Assembly: GCA_965223155.1 (NCBI GenBank)
Contig: CBDCVR010000014.1
Span: 320,001-384,000, forward strand
DNA length: 64,000 bases
Reading direction: 5' to 3'
Origin: Candidatus Multivoradales bacterium
GTDB taxonomy: Bacteria > Acidobacteriota > Thermoanaerobaculia > Multivoradales > JAHEKO01
Positions within the stretch are counted from its first letter, which is position 1; every line of letters starts with the position of its first letter. Below the pieces are notes generated by a model. That model saw only the letters and a list, made by a program, of their open reading frames with translations, was not told the DNA's origin and did no database searches. Shown here piece by piece: positions 11,209-19,917 of this stretch. The position numbers and the translations under genes are program-made.

Positions 11209-12914
11209 TCGAGCAACTTCTCCAGTTCGATCTTGCGGATCTTCCCGGTGGCGGTCATGGGGAGTGCGTCCAGGACTCGGATCTCGGGGACTTTGTAGAT
11301 CGCCATCGACTCGCGGCACCAGGCAACGAGGGACTCCTCCGTTTCCTCGGCCCCGGGCTTGAGAGTAACGAATGCCACCGGGACCTGCCCCTTCTCTTCA
11401 TCCGAGCGGCCGATGACCCCGCACGCCGCGATCGCCGGATGGCGGCCGAAGATGTACTCGATCTCGGTCGGAAAGACGCTGATGCCCTTCACTTTGAGCA
11501 TCTCCTTGCGCCGCCCCAGATACCTGATGAATCCCTCCTCGGTGATCTGGCCGAGATCGCCCGTGCGGAACCAACCATCCGCGAACAGCGTGTCGTTGAG
11601 CTCGGGGCTATTCCAGTAGCCTTTGAGCAGAGTCGGAGATCGCACACAGATCTCCCCCTCCGCACCCTGGGGCAGAAGCTCTCCGGTTTCAAAGTCGGTG
11701 ATCTTGATCTCGGTTCCGGGCACGGGCAGCCCCACGAAGGTGGGGTCGAAGGACAGGTCGTAGTCGTCCGCCTGTAGGCCTCGAGTGAAGGTGTCGCAGG
11801 TGTGAGTCTCGGTCATGCCGTATGCCGTCTCGAACATCGTACTGCCCGTCAACTCGTGCCACCGCCTCCGATAGTCCTTGTTGAGCTTCTTGATGAACGA
11901 AACACAGGGCGTCTCCTCGATCGAGCTCAAGTCATAGTCCGCCACGCGAGGATGGTTGAGAACCTCGTCCACGCTGTCGACCAGCATCACGCATCGGTTG
12001 ACCTTGTAGTGCTGAACGGCTTCGAGATAGGCGTCCGCGTCCCAGCGCGCCAAGAGAACCAGAGTCGCTCCTGAGAACACGGGGAAGAGCAAACCTGTAT
12101 TCTCGCCGGCGATCCAGAACTCGGGCAAGAAGTTCATCTCGACTCGGTCACTCGCTTTGCCATCGAATTCTCCGAAAACGACCGGCAGAAAGGCGGCTAC
12201 CGTCTCCAGGATGTTTCGATGCGTGTGGACGCAGCCCTTGGGCAGGCCGGTGCTGCCACCGGTGTAGTTGAGCGCAGCGACGTCGTCGAGCTCGGGGGCA
12301 TGAGCCTGAGGCTCCGAAGAAGCACCATCCAGCGACTCGAAGAAATCGAGAACTCCGTCGGCCGGCATCGTCTTCGGCAAATCGAAGAGGTCCGGTAGGG
12401 GGAGCGTCGGGTTCGCCGGCTTTAGCTCGCTGACGCTCGTAGACAGGATCGTTTCGATACCGAGATCCCGGCAGACCGGCTGCGCGACGGGCAGCAGAGC
12501 ATCAAAGCAAACGAGGGCTTTGGGTTTGCAGTCGCCGAGTTGATGGCCCAACTCGAACTCCTTTGCCAGCGGACTCACGGGAACATGAATCGCACCGTAC
12601 TTCATGCTCCCCCAGTAGGCGATGTTGAACTGGGGACAGTTCGGCATGAAGAGAGCGACGCCGTCGCCCCGCTCGATACCCAGCTCTCGCAGGAGGTCGG
12701 CGAACCGATTGCTCATCTGATCCAGCTCGCGATAGCTGACGTCGTAGCCGTAGAAGTGGATCGCCGGCTTGTCCGGCTGTTCCGCCGCCCAACCGCTGAG
12801 ATACTCGCTCAGCGGCCGCCGGCCCCTGGGGTACTGAGGCGAGGTCGGTGCTCCCTCGGGCCAGTGGCGGCTCCACAGTTGGCGCAAGTTGTCGAGGTAG
12901 TGCTGTTCACCCAT
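11205..12914 (-). CDS. AMP-dependent acyl-CoA synthetase
   Basis: YTGGSTGLPKG, YGMTET, WFRTGD, PMTATGKI. Confidence 0.95.
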   Translation of the reverse strand: MGEQHYLDNLRQLWSRHWPEGAPTSPQYPRGRRPLSEYLSGWAAEQPDKPAIHFYGYDVSYRELDQMSNRFADLLRELGIERGDGVALFMPNCPQFNIAYWGSMKYGAIHVPVSPLAKEFELGHQLGDCKPKALVCFDALLPVAQPVCRDLGIETILSTSVSELKPANPTLPLPDLFDLPKTMPADGVLDFFESLDGASSEPQAHAPELDDVAALNYTGGSTGLPKGCVHTHRNILETVAAFLPVVFGEFDGKASDRVEMNFLPEFWIAGENTGLLFPVFSGATLVLLARWDADAYLEAVQHYKVNRCVMLVDSVDEVLNHPRVADYDLSSIEETPCVSFIKKLNKDYRRRWHELTGSTMFETAYGMTETHTCDTFTRGLQADDYDLSFDPTFVGLPVPGTEIKITDFETGELLPQGAEGEICVRSPTLLKGYWNSPELNDTLFADGWFRTGDLGQITEEGFIRYLGRRKEMLKVKGISVFPTEIEYIFGRHPAIAACGVIGRSDEEKGQVPVAFVTLKPGAEETEESLVAWCRESMAIYKVPEIRVLDALPMTATGKIRKIELEKLLE

Positions 12915-13055
12915 CTGCTAAACTCCTATCTGCGACACTTGGACTTCAACTCCACGCCGCCTCCCCGCGATTCGCCGATCCGAGCTGAACGGGAGCAAGA
13001 AAGGCCGCGCATCGCCCCCCCCACCGGCCGGCACAGGGCGAACGGCATTCACACC

Positions 13056-13736
13056 ATGAACATGAGCCTGAGAGAGCGAAAAAAGATCGAGACCCGCCAG
13101 CAGCTTCTGGCGGCGGCCGAAGATCTCTTTGCGCGCAGAAGCTTTGGCGAGGTGACCGTCGACGAGATCGCCGACGTGGCGAATGTGAGCCAGAAGACCT
13201 TCTTCAACTACTTCGCGAGCAAGTCCCAGCTCCTCAAGGAGCTCGTCCTGGACTGGCAGAAGTCTGCGCCTCAATGGGCCGAGGAGGTGGAAACTGAGCC
13301 TACCGGCCGCTCGGCCATCACACCGGCCAACATCGAAGACATTCTCGACTGGGTCGTCCAGCATCGCCGGCTTCTGAAGATGGCGCTCAAGCATACGGAC
13401 TTCTTCGATTTCATCTACGCGTTTGACCGGAACGAAGGTGACGACGAGTACGATTTGTTCTCAAGAATCCGCAAACCACGTCTCGATCGGGTCAAGAAGG
13501 CACAAGAGCGCCGACTCATCCGCGACGACGTTCCGGCACACAGCATCTGCAATCTCTACGATTCCCTACGCATCGAAGTCGTCAAGCGCTGGCTGTACCT
13601 GCCCGACGCCGAGGCGACGCCGACGATCCTCCAAGAGCGCTACTACGAGGCCATCGAGGTGCTCTTCGCGGGGGTCTCCCTGGTCGGGGAGACGATCCCG
13701 GAGGCGCGACCCCGCGCCGCCGTAACGTCGACTTGA
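13056..13736 (+). CDS. TetR/AcrR family regulator
   Basis: SLRERKKIETRQQLLAAAEDLF...VDEIADVANVSQKTFFNYFASK HTH; divergent from the catabolic operon. Confidence 0.92.
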   Translation: MNMSLRERKKIETRQQLLAAAEDLFARRSFGEVTVDEIADVANVSQKTFFNYFASKSQLLKELVLDWQKSAPQWAEEVETEPTGRSAITPANIEDILDWVVQHRRLLKMALKHTDFFDFIYAFDRNEGDDEYDLFSRIRKPRLDRVKKAQERRLIRDDVPAHSICNLYDSLRIEVVKRWLYLPDAEATPTILQERYYEAIEVLFAGVSLVGETIPEARPRAAVTST

Positions 13737-13779
13737 CTGCGGCCCTTTCAACCTCGAATCCAGAGTAGCCGCGGAGCGT

Positions 13780-16326
13780 CTAGTAGCGATAGGTGATCGT
13801 CGCTCCGAACGTCCTCGGCTCGCTCCAGTTCGAGTAGTTCGAGAAAATGCCGTCGTCATTGGTGCTGGTTCGGTAACTCTCGTCGGTGAGATTTCGTCCC
13901 CACAGAGCCAGGCTCCAGTATCCGTCCGTGCCTCGATAGACCTCCGCGAGGACGTTTAGGAGGGCGACGCCGTCCTCTCGTGCATAGGGCTCGTTGCTGA
14001 CAGAGAGGTAGTAGTCGTCTGTCCAGGAGGCGTTCAGGGCCACGGATCCGCCCCACATCTCGGAAAGACTGAAGCTGTGCCGAGCAAAGAGATTCGTGCT
14101 GAGCTGCGGAGCATCGTTCAGCTCATTCCCTACGATGTCGACAACCTCCGCCAGGATATTGGTGACGCCAACGATCACATCCGGATCGGTGAAACCGGAG
14201 TCCGCCACGCCGGTGATCTCTGTGTCGAGGAACCCGAGTCCGACGCCCAGGTTGAAGCCATTCCGTGCGAACCAGCTCAGGTCGAGCTCTGCGCCGAAGC
14301 TCTCGGCGTCACCGAGATTCGTCAGGCCCGAGAAGACCGCGCCACCGCCGGCGGTTGCAGACTGAGCGTTCAGGTTGCCCTGGAAGTCTTCGTAGTCGTA
14401 ACGAAAGATCGATCCGTTGAGACGGACCGAGCCTCCCGCAAGGGTTGACTTGAACCCGGCCTCGACCGCGACATTGGTTTCAGGAGCATAGGCGACGATG
14501 GCGTCCGGGCTAAAGAAGAAGCCGCCGAAGAACCCACCTGACTTGAAGGTTCGACCGACACTCGCGTAAAGCAAGAGGTCGGCGGAGCGTGCGTAGTCCA
14601 AGTTTACCTTGAAGGAGGGCTCGTCCTCGGCGTACTCGGCCTGGGCCCCGACTGCGAGCGGGAAGAGGTTGGTCACCGGGTCATAACCGAGGACCGCTGC
14701 GCAACTCTCGAGATCAAATCCTAACAGCGTACACGTCCAGGCGCCGTCGTTGATCCAGACTCCACCTAAATAATCCTTCTCTTCGGCCGTATACCTGGCA
14801 TCCGCTGTCAGCTTGAGATTGTCCGAGAGCGGAATGGATACTTGACCATAGACCGACCACGCGGTCGTATCTTGGTCGTAGATCATGGTGCCACATCCGG
14901 GGAACACGGCGTAGTCGAAGTACAGATTCGATGGAAACTCGCAATACCGATCCTCCGCGAGCTCGTCCTCGGCGTATACCGCCCCCACCATCCAGTCGAA
15001 CTTGCGGCCGCTCGTCGACAGGAGACGAAATTCCTGCGACCAGGAGCTGATGTCGGAGTCATACTCCGTGATGTAGTTCGGGTCCACGGCGCCGCCGTGC
15101 TGCCGGCCGACGGCGCGGCCAAACGTCTCCCACTCGGCGGGGTTCTGAAAGTCCGCAATGCCCGCCGCCCCCGAGCCGTTTGTGTGAAAGAAATCCATTG
15201 AAGCCACTGAGGAAATCGACACCAGACTGAAGCCGTCCAACTGCCAGCTGAGGTTCAGCGAAGCGGCCGAGAACTCGTCGTCGTTCTTTCTGACCTGCGA
15301 CTCGCCACCCCGGTACCGGCCGTCGGGAGTCAGCCCGTTCGCCGTGATGCAGTTCTCGTCCGGAATGCCGGTCGTCAACACGGCGTCGCAGTACGCCGGC
15401 GTTCCATCGGGATTGAAGGGTACATTCATCGGCGGAGAGCCGAACGGGACCAGCGGCCCCTCCCAGCGTGTGTTGGGATCCAGGTAGCCCTCGAGCTCAG
15501 GGATCCCGACCTCCGAGTTGTCGGTGCCATAGGTAAACCGTAGATCCGCGGTGAACGACTCGGCCGGTGCGAACAAGAACGACAGGCGGGCCTGGTTCTT
15601 GTCCTTGCCGCCCTGGTCCCGATTCAGGAAGGTGTTGCGGAAATAGCCGTCGCTCGATACCCGATCGATCGCGAGCCGGGCAGCCGTTTTGTCGCTCGTC
15701 TGGAAGCCGACCCCGCCGCGCAGATTGAGGGTTCCATAGTTGCCGACATCGGCCGCGACGTTGGCATTGAAACCGTCCAAGACAGGCCGGCGCGAGACCA
15801 GGTTGATCGCCCCCCCAGTGCTGTTGCGTCCGTAAAGACCGCCCTGCGGTCCCCTGAGGATCTCGACGCGCTCCGTATCGAACAAAGAAAAGGCCCCATA
15901 CACCCCGTACGGCTGATAGACATCGTCGACCACCATGGCGGTCGTCGGAGTGTTGTTGGCGTTGTAGTCCTGCAATCCGACGCCCCGGATGACGAAGACC
16001 GGGATGTCGCTGTCGCCCGACACGCTGAGCTCCATATTCGGCACGAACTCGGTCAACTCCCGCGCCTCGGATACGCCAAGAGACTCCAGTTCGTCGCTGC
16101 CCAAAGCCACGATCGAGATGCCGATGTCCTGCGCGCTCTGCTCTCGTTTTTGAGCCGTGACGATGATCTCCTCGGAGATCTTCCCTTCCGATTCGGTCTC
16201 GTTCGCTCCGGTTGACTCCTCTTGCACCTCCTGATCCGACTCCGAGCCGGCTGCATCCTGCGCCGGCACTGCCGTTGCGCAGAAGCAGGCAACTATCGCC
16301 AGGACGAGTGGTCGAGTCTTAGCCAT
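13780..16326 (-). CDS. TonB-dependent receptor
   Basis: Signal peptide, EEIIVTAQKREQ, RVEILRGPQGGLYGRN plug motif, C-terminal PRTFGATITYRY. Confidence 0.95.
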   Translation of the reverse strand: MAKTRPLVLAIVACFCATAVPAQDAAGSESDQEVQEESTGANETESEGKISEEIIVTAQKREQSAQDIGISIVALGSDELESLGVSEARELTEFVPNMELSVSGDSDIPVFVIRGVGLQDYNANNTPTTAMVVDDVYQPYGVYGAFSLFDTERVEILRGPQGGLYGRNSTGGAINLVSRRPVLDGFNANVAADVGNYGTLNLRGGVGFQTSDKTAARLAIDRVSSDGYFRNTFLNRDQGGKDKNQARLSFLFAPAESFTADLRFTYGTDNSEVGIPELEGYLDPNTRWEGPLVPFGSPPMNVPFNPDGTPAYCDAVLTTGIPDENCITANGLTPDGRYRGGESQVRKNDDEFSAASLNLSWQLDGFSLVSISSVASMDFFHTNGSGAAGIADFQNPAEWETFGRAVGRQHGGAVDPNYITEYDSDISSWSQEFRLLSTSGRKFDWMVGAVYAEDELAEDRYCEFPSNLYFDYAVFPGCGTMIYDQDTTAWSVYGQVSIPLSDNLKLTADARYTAEEKDYLGGVWINDGAWTCTLLGFDLESCAAVLGYDPVTNLFPLAVGAQAEYAEDEPSFKVNLDYARSADLLLYASVGRTFKSGGFFGGFFFSPDAIVAYAPETNVAVEAGFKSTLAGGSVRLNGSIFRYDYEDFQGNLNAQSATAGGGAVFSGLTNLGDAESFGAELDLSWFARNGFNLGVGLGFLDTEITGVADSGFTDPDVIVGVTNILAEVVDIVGNELNDAPQLSTNLFARHSFSLSEMWGGSVALNASWTDDYYLSVSNEPYAREDGVALLNVLAEVYRGTDGYWSLALWGRNLTDESYRTSTNDDGIFSNYSNWSEPRTFGATITYRY

Positions 16327-16487
16327 AATGACGTCTCCTTACCTGAGGGCTGTGTTTGTTGCTGGCCAGGCATCTCTTGCTCGGTGCTCCCTGCCAAGCG
16401 CCGGCTCCACTGTCGTCTGACCGGTCGGCCTCCGCCGAGGTGCCCGCCGCTTCGGCTTGCGATTCCACCAAGAGCCGGGCGGACCGT

Positions 16488-16510
16488 AGCATAAAAATAC
16501 AGCGACTGTA
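16488..16510 (-). promoter_or_regulatory. candidate -10 (TATGCT) with adjacent TACAG-N3-CTGTA palindrome, possible TetR operator for the TonB receptor gene
   Basis: Perfect 5-bp inverted repeat at 16498-16510 in the only AT-rich patch of the intergenic region. Confidence 0.35.
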
Positions 16511-16687
16511 AAGTTCTAGTGGACGTAACGGGGCCGGCACCGAGATCAAGAACGGCAACGCGACTCTCGTCGAAGTTGCGTTGCGAAGGATTCGCACGCT
16601 CCGAGCATCTAACGATCCAAAGCATGACCCCGCCCCGCCGACTCGAAGATGTCGACCATCGGCCGGGCAATGCCTGGAGCCCTACGT

Positions 16688-17335
16688 ATGCCATATCGCA
16701 AACTCGCTCTCGTCATCGCTCTCTCGGTCGCCGGATTGGCGCATCCCGCCTTCGCCGACTTACCCGAGAATCGCTGGACCGCAACGGCTAGCGTCGTCGG
16801 CTTGTCACCCGGTGGCGACGACGCGCGCGCGAACCTGCCCGGAGGCGCCGGCCAATTAGGGATCTCTTCCGGTTCCGGTTTCGGTCTGGCACTCGACTAC
16901 CGGTTTTCGGAGCGCTGGGAGGTCGGCTTGTCGATGCGCTCGACCAGCCTCGACTCCCGGTTTCGCCTCGCAGCACCCGGCGGCGACCTGGAGGCGGTTG
17001 ACGCCATGCGTTTCGAACTGTTCGGGCTCCAGGGCAACTACCGCTTCTTCCTCCATAAGAGGTTCGACCTCTATCTCGAAGGGGCAGTCGTGATGAGCAA
17101 GGGTGCCGACCAGATCTTCACCACCGGACCCGACGACCGGGTCAAGCTCACCTTCGACGACGACTTCGGCTACGAGGTGTCCCTCGGCACCGATGTCCGA
17201 CTCACATCGAGCGACCGGTGGATTCTCCGTGGCGGACTAGGCTACCTGGTGACCATCCTGGAGACCGACAGCGGATTCGAAGACGTGAATCTCGACCCCT
17301 GGACGCTACGGATCGGCATCGGGTACCGGTTCTAG
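16688..17335 (+). CDS. OmpW-like outer-membrane beta-barrel protein
   Basis: Signal peptide, alternating beta-strand pattern, C-terminal DPWTLRIGIGYRF. Confidence 0.8.
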   Translation: MPYRKLALVIALSVAGLAHPAFADLPENRWTATASVVGLSPGGDDARANLPGGAGQLGISSGSGFGLALDYRFSERWEVGLSMRSTSLDSRFRLAAPGGDLEAVDAMRFELFGLQGNYRFFLHKRFDLYLEGAVVMSKGADQIFTTGPDDRVKLTFDDDFGYEVSLGTDVRLTSSDRWILRGGLGYLVTILETDSGFEDVNLDPWTLRIGIGYRF

Positions 17336-17341
17336 TGTCCC

Positions 17342-17733
17342 GTGCGGCACGGGACACTAATGGTGGTCTATACCGGAGTGGCGCTCGCGGCGGTCGGAGG
17401 CATCCTCGCGCTGTGGCTGTGCGGGATTCCCTTCTCCATCTCGGCGGGGGTTGAGTTTATCGCCCTGTTCGGAGTCGCGGTCTTGAACGGCGTCGTCATG
17501 GTCTCCGCCATCCGCCGCCTGCGAGCGGCGGGCGTAGCGCTCGAGGAGGCCGTGCGTCGAGGATGCGAGGAGCGCCTGCGGCCGGTCCTGATGACCGCCA
17601 TGGCGGCCTCCTTCGGCTTCGTGCCCATGGCGCTCTCTACCTCCGCCGGCGCCAAGGTCCAGCGGCCTCTGGCGACCGTTGTCATCGGGGGCCTGGTCAC
17701 CTCGACCCTGCTGACCCTGGTCGTCCTGCCGAC
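17342..17733 (+). pseudogene. CusA/CzcA heavy-metal RND pump, C-terminal fragment
   Basis: FIALFGVAVLNGVVMV, RLRPVLMTA, QRPLATVVIGGLVTSTLLTLVVLP; only about 130 aa of a roughly 1000-aa family. Confidence 0.88.
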
Positions 17734-17746
17734 GAAGGCCCGGGCG

Positions 17747-18376
17747 CTAGTCGGGACCAACCGTAGCAAGGACGAGACGGATCGGAAGCAGCCCTGGGAA
17801 CAAGACCTCTTGTTGCACGGTGAAGCCATGGCGACCCACCAGATCTCGCAGAGCGTCGCCTTTAAAGCGAGTGACGACCTGGAAGCCGGTGAGGCCGAGT
17901 AGGCGGGAGACTACGCGCGCCATCGCTGTCTCGCCGTGACAGAAGGTCGGCGCGGCCAGGAGCCCGTCCGTCGCGAGCACTCGCCGCGCCTCATCGAGCG
18001 CCCGCCCCGGATCGGGGAGTAGGTGAAGGAGGTTCGCGATGACGACCGCTTCGAACGAGCGATCCGGGAAAGCCAACTCGAGAGCGTCGGCCTCCTCGAC
18101 GCCAACGTTGGTCAGCCCACTCGCAGCGACGCGCGCCCGCAAGACAGCGAGCATCTCCGGCGAGCTGTCGGTGGCGAGGAGGGCACCTACGGCGGGTGCG
18201 ACTCGATCGGTGACCAGCCCCGTGCCGGCGGCGATCTCCAGAACCCGCCGCGAGCCGTGGATCGACTCAGCAACTCGATCGGCCATGGCACCAAAGTGCC
18301 GGTTCAGGATCAGAGTCGCCCGATCGTAGCGGCGGGAATGTCGCTTCCAATAACGCGCGGCGGTTTCGGCCATCAT
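17747..18376 (-). CDS. class I SAM-dependent methyltransferase
   Basis: VLEIAAGTG motif I, DSSPEML, DALELAFPDRSFEAV. Confidence 0.88.
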   Translation of the reverse strand: MMAETAARYWKRHSRRYDRATLILNRHFGAMADRVAESIHGSRRVLEIAAGTGLVTDRVAPAVGALLATDSSPEMLAVLRARVAASGLTNVGVEEADALELAFPDRSFEAVVIANLLHLLPDPGRALDEARRVLATDGLLAAPTFCHGETAMARVVSRLLGLTGFQVVTRFKGDALRDLVGRHGFTVQQEVLFPGLLPIRLVLATVGPD

Positions 18377-18687
18377 CCAACTCTAGCCCGCCGGCCGTAG
18401 CCCTGCCCCCGGGGAGCAGCCAATCCGCGGCCTCTGCCGGGAGTGGGATTGCGATCACGGACCTGAAGCCGCGCCGTTTGACACGTGTCTTCGCCGTGAG
18501 TTCCAAGTAATCCCGTTGGGTCACCCTAACGGGATGCAGACAACCTACTTGGGTACCCAAACGGGAGAGATCTGGAACCCCACTTGGCTCGCAACTGTCA
18601 GCCTCTAAGTAGCTGTAGGACAACACTTTAACTTACTACCGCTACCGGCCTCTCTGGATGCGAATTCAGGTCGTACAGTTGTGCGCA

Positions 18688-18796
18688 TGGTGTCCCCAAC
18701 GGGATTTGCTACGAAGCGGAGCGATGCAATCGCTTCGCTGACCTCCGAATCCCGGAGGGGGCAACCCTGCCGAAGGCAGTGGTGTCCCCAACGGGA
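18688..18796. repeat. 109-bp direct repeat copy 1 (tRNA-Glu 3'-end fragments plus hairpin unit); att scar
   Basis: Identical to 22982-23090; contains TGGTGTCCCCAACGGGA twice, 92 bp apart. Confidence 0.92.
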
Positions 18797-18956
18797 GAGA
18801 TCTGGAACACCGTTTTCGCCCAGCTGGAATCCTTTAACTCGCTGAGGGACATGAGCTTAGCCGCTTGAGGCTTTCGCTCTGACGCGTGCTGACAACTGTC
18901 CGCATCGCCTCGGGGAGGTCCTGGAGCGGACCGTTTGGAACACCCCTGCCGGAGCC

Positions 18957-19002
18957 CGGGGACAGGATAGGGAGGGCGGGCGTGAGGGACTTCCTGTCCC
19001 CG
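18957..19002. repeat. G-rich palindromic element 1
   Basis: CGGGGACAGGA...TCCTGTCCCCG perfect 11-bp inverted repeat around a G-rich loop. Confidence 0.8.
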
Positions 19003-19418
19003 TCTCTCGGCGCCGCACGAAGGCCGCAAAACTCGCTCAAGAAGCGCTCGAGATCGAAGCCGAGGAAGCCCGAGCTGCCGGCGCCCTCGGCTTCATGGCT
19101 CGGATCCTCGTCCAGGCTACTCTCCCCCACAGTCGGCCGAACACGTACGAGTTCGAGCCCGTCAACGGCCGCTTCACGCTGTACATGAGCGCGCCGCCGT
19201 CGGTGGGACTCCCCTACGGCTCCTACCCGCGGCTCGCGCTCGCCTGGCTCTCGACCGAGGCGGTGCGTACTCGAAGCCGAGAGATCGAACTCGGCCCGAC
19301 CTTCTCGACCTTCATGTACAAGCTCGGCCTAACGCCCATAACCGGCAAGCGCGGCACGACGTCACGGCTGCGCGGTCAGCTCCACCGGCTCTTCTCCACC
19401 ACGATCCGCTGCAGCTAT

Positions 19419-19480
19419 CAGGAAAGTGGGGACTGGCATGGGAGGGAGGCCGGGAGGGACTGCCTGTCCCCAGTTTCCTG
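19419..19480. repeat. G-rich palindromic element 2
   Basis: CAGGAAAGTGGGGACTGGCA...TGCCTGTCCCCAGTTTCCTG, 18/20 inverted repeat. Confidence 0.8.
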
Positions 19481-19544
19481 TACCGGCGCCGGCTACACCA
19501 TCGCCCACAAGCACCAGCTCTGGTGGTCGCCGCGGGATCCGCAA

Positions 19545-19606
19545 CAGGAATTCGGGGACTGGCTCGGGAATGGGCGAGGGCGGACGTGCCTGTACCCGAA
19601 TTCCTG
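19545..19606. repeat. G-rich palindromic element 3
   Basis: CAGGAATTCGGGGACTGGC...GCCTGTACCCGAATTCCTG, 17/19 inverted repeat; coincides with the repA frameshift. Confidence 0.8.
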
Positions 19607-19917
19607 CAGCCAAGGGCTCGCCGCTAGCCCTCGACATCTACTCCTGGCTCACCTACCGGATGAGCTACCTGCGGAAGCCTTGCCTCATCCCCTGGGAGGC
19701 ACTCCAGACTCAGTTTGGCGCCGACTACGGACGACTACGGGACTTCAAGAGGAAGTTCCTCGGCCACCTAGAGGACGTGGTGCAGGTTTACCCCGCAGTG
19801 CGCCTCTCCGAGCAGCCGCCGGGTCTCTTGCTCCATGCGTCGCCGACTCATCTTCCTCGGGCCAGAGCCAGTCAGAGCTAGAGGCGCGCGGCCACGACTC
19901 AAACCGTTCTCGCGTCT

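Larger units (their letters stand above)
18882..19881 (+). pseudogene. repA: plasmid replication protein RepA (RepA_C / IncW-like), disrupted
   Basis: GFMARILVQATLPH, GLPYGSYPRL, then after a frameshift SPLALDIYSWLTYRM and IPWEALQTQFGADY; no intact start; interrupted by palindromic elements. Confidence 0.8.

Noticed and set aside
18709-18739. CTAC-tagged hairpin as a classical GTAG REP
   Set aside because: The tetranucleotide is on the wrong side of the stem for a 5'-GTAG REP.
18688-18796. Repeat-spacer-repeat pattern as a mini CRISPR array
   Set aside because: The repeats are tRNA-Glu 3' ends, the spacer is identical in both blocks, and there are no cas genes.
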